Assembly: GCA_029977385.1 (NCBI GenBank)
Contig: JAPOKZ010000003.1
Coordinates: forward strand, 1-58,553
DNA from: Methanobacteriota archaeon
GTDB taxonomy: Archaea; Thermoplasmatota; Poseidoniia; Poseidoniales; Thalassarchaeaceae
Length of the DNA: 58,553 nt
Reading direction: 5' to 3'
Shown: piece by piece, positions 49,801 through 56,161 of the stretch
Numbering within the stretch: position 1 is the stretch's first letter
How the letters are laid out: every line of letters starts with the position of its first letter
Translations under genes and position numbers: made by a program
Notes under the pieces: generated by a model
Told to the model about the DNA's origin: nothing
The model's database searches: none
The model's input: only the letters and a program-made list of their open reading frames with translations

Positions 49801-50862
49801 AAAGAAGAATGCGAAGAAGTTCAACCAGAAACCCAGGAAAAACCATGTGAATGACTCGATGAATCCTCCCTGTGAAAATAGGGAAGGGAGCTCGTTTCCT
49901 ATTTCGTGGATGTGCCCGATGGAGTAGAGAATCCAGTTTACAGCTAGAAGAGATGCTATTACGTGCCATCCCTCGGCCCTGAAGAAAGCATGAGTGAAGA
50001 TTACCAGTGCGGTGAAAGAAGCCCATGACACCCCTAGATGGCTTCCCTCGGAGTACTGGGACAGGTTGTCTAATTGGCCCAACCAAATAAGTGGAATCAT
50101 GAAAGCTGAGAATATCAATGCTGAATATGCTGCAGCATCTGGGCTCTCCTTGATTGATGGGAGCATTCTGAAGAAACGTCCAGAGCCCTTATTTTCCACC
50201 GTACCCCTGACAAGAATCATTACTAAGATTCCAAGAGAAATTGAAGCGAGCCAAAATGAGAAGAATGCGCTTCCTATCGACTCTCTGACCGGGTCCACCA
50301 CCGCCTCCGAGTCATTTTGTGCGATTGCAAGTCCAGATGCATAAACCGCGGCCAATCTCATCCCTAGAATAGAGCTGATGAAAATGGAGGATTCCTCAAG
50401 CCTCCCAGATTCATTCAGTAAAGCCGATACCAACCCTACTAAGAAAAAGGTAGTTGCGAACATGTGATTGAAGGAGTCCGGATCAATAAAGTTGGAGACA
50501 GCGCCCAATGCAAGAAGGACAACTGTAAGGGAGCCGATTCGTGAGACACCTGACTCAAGAGGAATCATTCTTGATGATCTTCCGATACATGCGGGTACCA
50601 AGACTGATAGCGTAACAAGAATAGAGGAGTCGAGTTCGTTACCAAAATCCCTGCCCTCTAGAAATGATGTAACCAGAAACAAAGATAGCAACGATAATGC
50701 AATTGCAACTGGAGTAATCAGGTTACCAAATTGGGCATCCTTGGAGCCCTCTTTCTTCGCTTCCATCCCATCCACCGGACCTATTTGCCAATAATTCAGC
50801 ATCGCGCCGACCTGAACGGTTGTTTTAACCGTTCGTAGAACGGTCGGAGATAAGGGACTCAA
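40882..50862 (-). CDS. aglB: giant oligosaccharyltransferase AglB/STT3 fusion protein (3326 aa)
   Basis: - STT3-family motifs occur in order: EL1 SDPWY (Asp codon 49603-49605), ADHD (49249-49257), TIxE motif FLTIGEAQAP (48622-48633), WWDYGF (47932-47949) and the following PTVADNFQ.
- The core is preceded by about 375 aa containing about 10 hydrophobic helices.
- It is followed by about 1900 aa of beta-sandwich repeats, a TSP3 block (42068-42219), CARDB-like domains and a terminal TM helix (about 40921-40971).
- The track start is TTG at 50862; ATGs at 50802 or 50766 are alternatives. Confidence 0.9.
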   Translation of the reverse strand: MSPLSPTVLRTVKTTVQVGAMLNYWQIGPVDGMEAKKEGSKDAQFGNLITPVAIALSLLSLFLVTSFLEGRDFGNELDSSILVTLSVLVPACIGRSSRMIPLESGVSRIGSLTVVLLALGAVSNFIDPDSFNHMFATTFFLVGLVSALLNESGRLEESSIFISSILGMRLAAVYASGLAIAQNDSEAVVDPVRESIGSAFFSFWLASISLGILVMILVRGTVENKGSGRFFRMLPSIKESPDAAAYSALIFSAFMIPLIWLGQLDNLSQYSEGSHLGVSWASFTALVIFTHAFFRAEGWHVIASLLAVNWILYSIGHIHEIGNELPSLFSQGGFIESFTWFFLGFWLNFFAFFFSSRGVFGDVAPRREKSPFRVWWNENSYFLMVSLAFITALVVRVAWNVIPAMNASGTGLWDMSGGSDPWYMKRVVDYVIAERSHLIYDHDRAYPLGGINPRPPLFSWSLALGGIALSWLLEIPSEQAVWWAMSSLPAIYGALIVVPVAGIASRAHSRNAGIISAWLIALMPGHLSRSTFAYADHDSFAMLFLAIALYFWIKGLEQIQYKKVFKSTSANPLYVIAGIRETWKRNPALMANATMSGIAFSIMALGWKGFVYGPGILFLAYSFQVVVNIFKGRDSLQFTSASLQMMFTSMLIPAPFYAWPGMNLLFAPSGMQPMFYIIGFTFAMGWISSSFRDKPWLLIVMGGSALFGSILAILFILQEAQLYNGWDILFTGGFYFSKNKIFLTIGEAQAPDRGRLFASYGPIVAVIAIGCAIILLWRGSRKNQSELTLLGLWTLIASYMSWSAGRFIINATPAMAVVGGIGISMLWGAAGMPAFSKVWRNSGIGTPRTRFRSLWPATKARPGIPAMIMVILLISSQHATYGIDSGIPGNDKSANEVDQSIYDLAPDILRQDLLGLFSVMNSEQYDPSESGLWYMGTFGPSFGGQGWNEAYEWLSEQDKNDPFSERPAFVSWWDYGFQALASGDHPTVADNFQSGIPSSGAMLLSSGQEDTISLFISTLAFGDKKLNGGANLGSDFLAALGPELSEEQINEFQDILSNRDLEFLEKRSMAVVAEYDEVQMLKGNPLDDNGMPMIDAGHMFIVIKEGQQYEEPTANLSEARTLFNNARGSGLNSEYEILDFQDAEHYNVGGYLYTRDIIDDYYDVSTEIHRTNAKFGMARAFLTAALDLDQLVSVYHKISSIDNYEVSDFEESHGSTTARNHEIRYFAVDNRLYPLGGSAYRDFQSYHRGAYSGIFHAPTGLSGLDMDTYITTTYETNQGPKTLQEFLDQQMSDLRAQASGASTGEDMIQLTDRNYQHQAGFFDTMIARTYVGYGTSTLGLPSISGQVGDADTPSTWILPNSLTGTPGSYLQGSMALPGAMMNHFVLSNWYDPTNGSHCQEIQITGSASTVTDSTKLTDVTLSTDATLSTGWSAIQSGGPWEVTQFEEGVIPTGSSIPTYSSAISFDSKSIDISNAATNTSNGTDFVLTGKADKYCGSIYDSNRNVKILKYYSGATLEGTVSLDGIGPVPNARILIERDAFSGEEANESHVVDRDSRTYWIPIGSTQANEDGFFSFKVPAGKIRVSAFSGEPDLESARSSLMTGSGSSMQELFVESSQNRNVNAVTGILGNVYGSTWLSETVVNISGIDGHSNGKSIIQAPISVSPSSAAGILEWSGELDFDGEPVISAQVVLTPSSDEVTIHPYVAMTSDGSMEGEDLRFTGTGEATFIGEGSVESMGSVSVQEFTGSHTQTIYDNHSITGQGQFSGKGTFDGSISGTYPDCSGDSVPDGSDACLVSEGNYIIDGTINGSGKFTSIEISEFTRDLFQATFIGSGTFVTDANHNLSSYGTINGTGTFSGHALFSGPMVSPGSFHVVDALPGEYVLSVDFGTGSPVELTTPFRIPLSSSDVQSPVSIYGGAIKGQVSLYSGQPISDERISIFSINGSSADSQIQCRGVITQPCFTTTDETGSFEVGPIVPGTYIAEIDIDEDGFPELSQIFTFESDQGTLVSFPSEIPRTSDIAFTLSDEGTSVDDLELQFLPEDQNLAPVSAIFDNDTKTYHAELLHGDWVLNYTLGDDKQLWQRVKVAESDISESFQFLVSQSVNGIVLNKPDKDGSASQLESRVNNQQIIFQWEGFTLISSTDSFGEFSVLLPRGAVVQATVERMVGAGGFYSNGTSFQVEEGMENITIELTDSMMVLGEVSLNREGNTYNQGFSGWYPVHALANNLDGETTAVWREEVDDLGRFDMLLPMGNWSFTLDAGGMSSNSVIKEVNSSMEGVVELLALPLENSTVQIDFFIDHEGDNNASNGTPVNYPFEIKPLSPNGAGYTVESDGPEWIGSGTAEVSLEPGRYRIVVERANSSADEPFDTLYDTNEIFDVEIEASTIVRSVGFEPRWLTNITFRNESGELLSNHEIKLESVDSGWVQTFLTDEGGMLVEYLHEGDWIVIVDDFETDSEVLEGLRMDISVNQDSAGTRYNFYTQELAHVALTLQSSSELANAEEIEITVTSQEGLGSFQTSVDGLDQAVEIRLVPGLWNVQVNQTSQNGVRILLENSTLIESGVTVGPDHQIYMTVQKLVRLSGKVFWDLDADGTPGFSEGLANATVNLAGNDESLQIITSEDGEWSTFLPSLSSWNISVEKAGFDSQNTTVELGESSLNEDIEISAGEVEVSGTISYLDQDCVSNGDWSVVIIPSHGIARDRVQVSGNSEGDWTTLLQPGSWVAYSTTSGTSPDCQGLVSIDPIDVGVEGGSVDSELTIGGILNLDTSWLDFEGAEHELIEIEGYELVIDFNSMSWVEELDEDGTLSLLLLPGTIQTSSDFELVEEGRNVSYSGGKGVTIRAGQESPLSTLSIERVSKQDVSLAVQGEETVLVNELDQTCTNDVDGDGVINGEDAFPLDSSEWNDNDGDGIGDNADPDDDEDGTIDSDDDFPLGQGLFENQVPGCKYNDAYFNVTVDYQGHNSLDEYTAVGTVPGADGAQWSVEFQNSTGSWSNMHSFDLGLGNSDLSEIIKIRVVPANVGSAHHFPMGHKVLVKLSTNQGYSTQLELTVEVPPVRGLEVYEPDNVYFDIDERAVTMEIPFKNIGNSDELFFFEFEQSDWWEVAGPSTQPASPFSDGTATFTFVRSSETELPSQYTEEITFTVTDQNNNSYQGETILVMDAPSLSINGGSVDLLGSDFATYGEIETYSLSISNTGNVDADSVTLSAALCSDIRCENFVGVNATSSGSVPANSEATFLINMDFTQFDEPKKYFIKFYIEGELTAEISEPCAENLPEGESSCVFEAQLWASSEENDNLQYLTYAFLAMLLAALLYFTRRPSRRVSAPF

Positions 50863-50877
50863 GAAGAATGAGTATTC

Positions 50878-52152
50878 CTAACCCGGAAGTGCCCTGAAAC
50901 CTATGTCTTCGCGGTAGTGAGAACCAGCTAGACTGATGCCCTCAATAATCTGGTAGGAGGCCTCCAATGACTCACCTAAAGTTGGGGCTAAACCAGTGGC
51001 TGAAAGAACTCTCCCTCCAGTGGAAGTTAGCTTCCCCGACTCATCCATTGATGCTCCTGCAAGATGAACAAAGCCCATCACTAAGCCCTCTTCTATCTCC
51101 GAATCCCACCCATCTATCTCTCTTCCAGTTACGACTGTTCCCGGATACCCCTCGGAAGCAAGGACAACAGTAGACGCATGTAGAGGCTTGAATTCTACTT
51201 TAGTTTCAGCGACCCTGCCCTCTGCAGCTGAAAGAAGCAGCTCTCCGAGATCCGACTGAATTAACGGAATAGTGACCTGGGCTTCTGGATCTCCAAGTCT
51301 GACGTTGAACTCGACGACGCTTGGAGATCCCTCGGAGTCAATCATCAGCCCCACATACAGGCATCCTCGATAAGGAGTGTTCGAGTTCCTCAGGTAATGG
51401 TGCATTGGTTCGATGATCTCCTCCCTCGCCCTTGCAAGCACAGAAGGTGAGACGAGGGGGGCAGGTGCATATGCCCCCATGCCTCCAGTATTTGGTCCAG
51501 TATCGTTGTTACCTACTCTCTTGTGGTCTTGACTTGGTGGCAACATAACATATCCAGACTCGTCCATAATGACCAGAATCGAAGCCTCCTCTCCAGAAAG
51601 GTGCTCCTCAATAAGAACGAATCCATCGATTTCTATCCCAGATTTTAGAGCCTCACGAGCATCCTCTTTGGATGAAGTAACAGTAACCCCCTTCCCCCCT
51701 GCTAGAACATCCCTCTTGATTACCCAGGGCGGTTCGAACGTTTCCAAGGAGTCCTCAATAGAATCCAGATTTTCTACCTTAAGGAATGAACCCGTAGGGA
51801 CGTCTAGTGATTGCATTACCATCTTTGAGTGTAACTTCGATCCTTCGAGGAGGGCCCCCTCAGAATGAGGTCCGAAACTGGGAATTGAGTTTTCTCTTAG
51901 TCTGTCAGAAAGACCGTTTACCAGCGGAGCTTCGGGACCGACCACAACTAGGGAGACAGAGAGTTCGACTGCAAGTTCCACTATACCTTCGATATCCGTA
52001 GAGGGAACTTGATGGTTCACTGCTACCATCGACGTGCCGGCGTTTCCTGGTGCACAGTGGACCTTGGAGATAGAGTCGCTCTTTGAAAGTCCCAGAGCTA
52101 GGGCGTGCTCTCTTCCTCCACTGCCTACCACTAACACCTCGATGCCGGCCAT
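50878..52152 (-). CDS. purD: phosphoribosylamine--glycine ligase
   Basis: The 424-aa product has N-terminus MAGIEVLVVGSGGREHALA and an ATP-grasp core (...GKGV.V..., ...EEHLSGEEAS...). The C-terminus reads ...GGRVLSATGLA, typical of PurD. Confidence 0.95.
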   Translation of the reverse strand: MAGIEVLVVGSGGREHALALGLSKSDSISKVHCAPGNAGTSMVAVNHQVPSTDIEGIVELAVELSVSLVVVGPEAPLVNGLSDRLRENSIPSFGPHSEGALLEGSKLHSKMVMQSLDVPTGSFLKVENLDSIEDSLETFEPPWVIKRDVLAGGKGVTVTSSKEDAREALKSGIEIDGFVLIEEHLSGEEASILVIMDESGYVMLPPSQDHKRVGNNDTGPNTGGMGAYAPAPLVSPSVLARAREEIIEPMHHYLRNSNTPYRGCLYVGLMIDSEGSPSVVEFNVRLGDPEAQVTIPLIQSDLGELLLSAAEGRVAETKVEFKPLHASTVVLASEGYPGTVVTGREIDGWDSEIEEGLVMGFVHLAGASMDESGKLTSTGGRVLSATGLAPTLGESLEASYQIIEGISLAGSHYREDIGFRALPG

Positions 52153-52201
52153 GCTTCGCGCTGGTCATTTCAGTGATAATGGATTGCACTACAAGGTATG
52201 G

Positions 52202-52924
52202 CTAGTATGGTACTGACTTCAGCCCAAGACGGAAACCTAGGATATTGAAAGACCTGTGAATAATTGGGGTGACCACCAGCAGTATGGCCATTCCCATCAG
52301 AAGTTCGGAGCTACCAATCAAAGAAGGAGAAAGTAAAAATTGCCCGAAAATGAATGTAGAGACTGCAAAAGGAAGTGTATCAAGGAGGGGTGCTTGTGAA
52401 CTAACATTTCCCTCTCTCTTGTGGCCCTTTCTTCTCTTCACGAATGATCCTACTGAGTCACCAACCATGCACCCTAGTCCCAAAACGCAACCCATTACGA
52501 ATGCTGTCATTGGTCCTTCGCCCATGTAGAACCATGCATCTGAAATATCAGTCGTGCTAGTCCCGTATGAAGAAAGTGAGTCTAGAAAGGGAGCAGAATC
52601 GACAAGATTTCCTTTAGCAATTGAGTGAGTCAAAATTCCAAGAATGCCCCCTCCAATAGTTCCCCCGAAAAGTCCATTCCAGGTTTTTCCATCACCTAGG
52701 ATACGATTTCCATCTGATAGAACTCTCCCTCCATCAATAGTGAAAATAGGCATACCCGTCAAATCTGGGATCCACTTACCACCAAGCATGGCAGCTGTGT
52801 TGGAAAGATACCCTGGAAGGTAGAGCCACAGAACGAGTAGTGGGGCGATAAAGGGGTCGTCCCATGGCAATGGATCGGAGGACATAGAGTCAGGCAGGAA
52901 AATTCGGAGGATGAACCTTCGCAC
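52202..52924 (-). CDS. carS: CDP-archaeol synthase (CDP-2,3-bis-O-geranylgeranyl-sn-glycerol synthase)
   Basis: Polytopic membrane protein with the CarS signature region IDGGRVLSDGNRILGDGKTWNGLFGGTIGG and C-terminal GDSVGSFVKRR. The track start is GTG at 52924; an ATG at 52885 is an alternative. Confidence 0.8.
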   Translation of the reverse strand: MRRFILRIFLPDSMSSDPLPWDDPFIAPLLVLWLYLPGYLSNTAAMLGGKWIPDLTGMPIFTIDGGRVLSDGNRILGDGKTWNGLFGGTIGGGILGILTHSIAKGNLVDSAPFLDSLSSYGTSTTDISDAWFYMGEGPMTAFVMGCVLGLGCMVGDSVGSFVKRRKGHKREGNVSSQAPLLDTLPFAVSTFIFGQFLLSPSLIGSSELLMGMAILLVVTPIIHRSFNILGFRLGLKSVPY

Positions 52925-52977
52925 TTATTTTTGGATAAACAAACAATAGATTGTTCGATCCGAAAGGGGTGATATTC

Positions 52978-54720
52978 ATGTCCCTATTTCGCAGCGGGAA
53001 GATAATGAGTAAGTTGGAAGCAACACTATTGACCATGGTCCTGATAATCTCAGTTTCTATGATTTCCATAAATGTGACAGCAGAGGGAGACGACATAATC
53101 ATCGAATCCGATATGACTTGGAATGACGAAATGTCCCTTTCACAGAACGTGAGAGTATTGAATGGGGGTTCTCTGAATTTGGTAGATTCGCAATTGACCA
53201 TTACCAATAATGTACAAATTTTCGTAGACTCTTCTTCTTCCTTGAGGATTGTTGATTCTGACATTTCTTCGGACAGCCCGCCAAGTGGGTTAGCAGGGTT
53301 TGGTTACTGCGATGAAACAAATATGTCAGCAGTTAGGGCAACCTCTTCCTCGGATCAAAATGTGCGAATGTACTTGCGTCCGATTCAAGGATTCTCTCTA
53401 GACGGTGCGACTGCACATTTCGGAGACGAGACTAAGGAGCTTTCCGGAGAGGAAGATTTCGTATCGTTAGGCAGTGGTCCTGTTGACATATGGGTTGGTT
53501 TGACCGGTCCACTATGTCACCCAGTTTCTCTGAGCGAGATTAGCATAGAGAAGAGTGGCCAGGATAGGATTTGGCGTGATGCAGCTGACTTTCAGAATCG
53601 GAACATGATGGCATATGGAGGAGCTGGCTTTACAATCGAAGTTGAGGGGCACATGGAGTCGAGTGGATCGTCTATTTTTGGAGGGACAATTACGGCATCG
53701 GGATCCCTGAGCATCAATGATACCTCCTTGGATAGGGTTGGCCCGATAATTTTGGAGGAAGACGATTCTTCTATCTTCCTCGGTGGAAATACTGAGTTCA
53801 ACAACAGCACAGACGATCACGACGTTAGAGCTAGGGGTTTCTCGACAATTGTGTGGGGGGACGATGTCATCGGCTCCGGAGAATTAACTGATAAGTGGGA
53901 AAGGAGGCTGGCTGGTCAGAGTCTTTCATTTGATTCGATGTATGTAACCTACGAGATTACAGGGATGCATAGGTTCCCGAGTTATTCCAACTTCAGCAAC
54001 GAAATGGGGGTCTCGTTCATTGACGGTGGAAGGGAGAGGGTAGTAGAGATATCATGGTCAGATGACAATTCTTGGGAGGTCGAAAGGGTTTGGAGCGAGC
54101 AAGCGATAGTAACGATCACAGAGTACAGGACTGCATGGAATCCTGAAGAGTCCGGGATTGGGGACTATGGAGGTGGGCAGTTCCAATTGGGTTGGGAAGA
54201 CGAAGTTTTCGTCAACAGTGCAACTCCGATGATTCGGTGGGTTTCTCTGGGCGCAGTTGACGATAACGGAGACCCGATTGGAAATGCCTCTGTCGGCGAT
54301 TCCGTGAAAATGGAGGCAGTGATAGAAAACACAGGATCTGCTGCTGCATCACTGGCAATAAATTGCGAGGATGTCAGCACCGGATCAACTGCGCAGATCT
54401 CACCTTCATTCCCTAATGCTATAATTGGCTCTGGTGAGAAGGTGACTATTCCATTCAGTTGGAGAGTGTCTACAGAAGGTGAAGACTCCCTTAGTTGTAG
54501 GATTCTAACCCCCACTCAACTAGTAGATGAGTTCTCTTTCGGAGGTGGTCAGATTTCTAGCATTAGCATAGAATGGTCTGAATCTATGGAAGAGGGTGGC
54601 TCGACAATTATCCCTGCCCTAATAGCCCTGGTAGTGGCGGCGGGCGTAGGTGGTTACTTCCTTCTCTCTATCTACACAAACACGGAAGAGGAAGACGATG
54701 ACTATCAGAGAACTCCCTGA
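52978..54720 (+). CDS. hypothetical surface protein (beta-helix-like N-terminal region, CARDB-like domain, C-terminal TM anchor)
   Basis: The ATG at 52978 is preceded by AGGGGTGA; the track TTG is at 52951. Signal/anchor segment LLTMVLIISVSMISINVTAEG. CARDB-like segment GDSVKMEAVIENTGSAAASL...IPFSWRV. TM helix IIPALIALVVAAGVGGYFLL, then the acidic tail EEEDDDYQRTP. The gene overlaps the gdhA 3' end by 16 nt. Confidence 0.7.
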   Translation: MSLFRSGKIMSKLEATLLTMVLIISVSMISINVTAEGDDIIIESDMTWNDEMSLSQNVRVLNGGSLNLVDSQLTITNNVQIFVDSSSSLRIVDSDISSDSPPSGLAGFGYCDETNMSAVRATSSSDQNVRMYLRPIQGFSLDGATAHFGDETKELSGEEDFVSLGSGPVDIWVGLTGPLCHPVSLSEISIEKSGQDRIWRDAADFQNRNMMAYGGAGFTIEVEGHMESSGSSIFGGTITASGSLSINDTSLDRVGPIILEEDDSSIFLGGNTEFNNSTDDHDVRARGFSTIVWGDDVIGSGELTDKWERRLAGQSLSFDSMYVTYEITGMHRFPSYSNFSNEMGVSFIDGGRERVVEISWSDDNSWEVERVWSEQAIVTITEYRTAWNPEESGIGDYGGGQFQLGWEDEVFVNSATPMIRWVSLGAVDDNGDPIGNASVGDSVKMEAVIENTGSAAASLAINCEDVSTGSTAQISPSFPNAIIGSGEKVTIPFSWRVSTEGEDSLSCRILTPTQLVDEFSFGGGQISSISIEWSESMEEGGSTIIPALIALVVAAGVGGYFLLSIYTNTEEEDDDYQRTP

Positions 54721-56063
54721 GCCATGGTTGCCTCTGCTACCTTTAGGAATCCTGCGATATTAGCTCCAGCGACGTAGTTTCCTGGCATCCCATACCTCTC
54801 AGCAGTCTCATAGGCGTTCTTGTGAATGTTGACCATGATGCTCTCTAGTTTCTGATCAACCTCTTCCCTGGTCCAACTCATCCTCAGGCTATTCTGACTC
54901 ATCTCAAGACCAGATGTTGCCACCCCTCCTGCATTGCTGGCCTTGCCTGGTCCGAATAGAATGCCATTATCGTGGAATACCTCGATTGCTTCAGGAGTAC
55001 AAGGCATATTGGCACCTTCTGCTACAGCAATGACTCCACCGTCTACTAGCATTTTTGCTTCTGACTCATTAACCTCATTCTGAGTAGCGCAAGGAAGTGC
55101 AACGTCCACCTCAGTGGCCCAAAGTTCGTTGTGATTCGGCTCCGGCTTTGATTCGGTGTATTCAACGCCATCGAAATTCTCAGCATATTCCTTGATCCTC
55201 CCTCTCCGGTTGTTCTTTAGATCCATGACCCATGCTAGCTTCTCTCTGTCTATTCCCGATTCGTCGTAAATATAGCCACCACTATCGGACATTGTTACAG
55301 GCTTACCTCCGAGATCTAAGACCTTTTCACAGGCGAACTGAGCAACATTTCCGGAACCGCTAATCGCGACTCTGGCTCCCTCGAATGACTTGCCCTTGGT
55401 GGATAGCATTTCTCTGGCGAAGTATACCAAACCATACCCTGTAGCTTCCGGCCTTATTAGAGAGCCTCCGTAGGAGAGCCCTTTCCCCGTAAGTACCCCT
55501 GCAGTGAACTCATTTGCCAATTTCCGGAACATTCCGAACATATATCCAATCTCCCTTCCTCCGACTCCTATGTCTCCTGCTGGTACATCGAGATCGGCCC
55601 CTATATGCCTCCAAAGTTCGCTCATATACGACTGACAGAACCTCTTGACCTCAGAGTCAGACCTCCCCTTGGGGTTGAAGTCTGAACCACCCTTTCCACC
55701 TCCCATTGGGAGTCCAGTAAGACTATTCTTGAAGACCTGCTCAAACCCAAGAAACTTCAATATGGATAAATTAACGCTTGGGTGGAACCTTAGTCCTCCT
55801 TTGTAAGGCCCGATTGCACTGTTGAATTGGACCCGATAACCCCTGTTTACCTGCAGAGAACCCTCATCGTCATACCATGGTACTCTGAACTGAATTACTC
55901 TCTCGGCCTCAACCATACTCTGAACCACATCCAGATATTCTGGATTCTCAGATATTACTGGTCCAAGGCTTTCGAGGACTTCTTCCACTGCCTGATGGAA
56001 CTCAGGCTGGTTTGGGTCTCTTGCTATCACTGTCTCGTAAACTGTCTTTATCGCATTGTCCAT
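54705..56063 (-). CDS. gdhA: glutamate dehydrogenase (hexameric GdhA type, likely NADP-dependent)
   Basis: MDNAIKTVYETVIARDPNQPEFHQAVEEV aligns with the N-terminus of bacterial GdhA. The catalytic region is PMGGGKGGSDFNPKG. SD-like GGTGA lies just upstream of ATG 56063. The track ORF extends 25 codons further, to 56138. Confidence 0.95.
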   Translation of the reverse strand: MDNAIKTVYETVIARDPNQPEFHQAVEEVLESLGPVISENPEYLDVVQSMVEAERVIQFRVPWYDDEGSLQVNRGYRVQFNSAIGPYKGGLRFHPSVNLSILKFLGFEQVFKNSLTGLPMGGGKGGSDFNPKGRSDSEVKRFCQSYMSELWRHIGADLDVPAGDIGVGGREIGYMFGMFRKLANEFTAGVLTGKGLSYGGSLIRPEATGYGLVYFAREMLSTKGKSFEGARVAISGSGNVAQFACEKVLDLGGKPVTMSDSGGYIYDESGIDREKLAWVMDLKNNRRGRIKEYAENFDGVEYTESKPEPNHNELWATEVDVALPCATQNEVNESEAKMLVDGGVIAVAEGANMPCTPEAIEVFHDNGILFGPGKASNAGGVATSGLEMSQNSLRMSWTREEVDQKLESIMVNIHKNAYETAERYGMPGNYVAGANIAGFLKVAEATMAQGVL

Positions 56064-56161
56064 TTGGTCACCAACGATTATGTTGACCCTGATGTCGGGC
56101 GGACGCCCCTGCTTATGTTCCCCTTTTGAATGTTCCAAGTATCGAGACAGTATTGGAAAGG

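Noticed and set aside
41135-50794. Numerous 60-120-aa ORFs on both strands within the AglB giant (e.g. 46481-46798, 48191-48553, 48752-49117, 49766-50086, 49994-50344).
   Set aside because: All lie within a continuous 9981-nt ORF that carries ordered STT3 motifs. None has recognisable motifs of its own.
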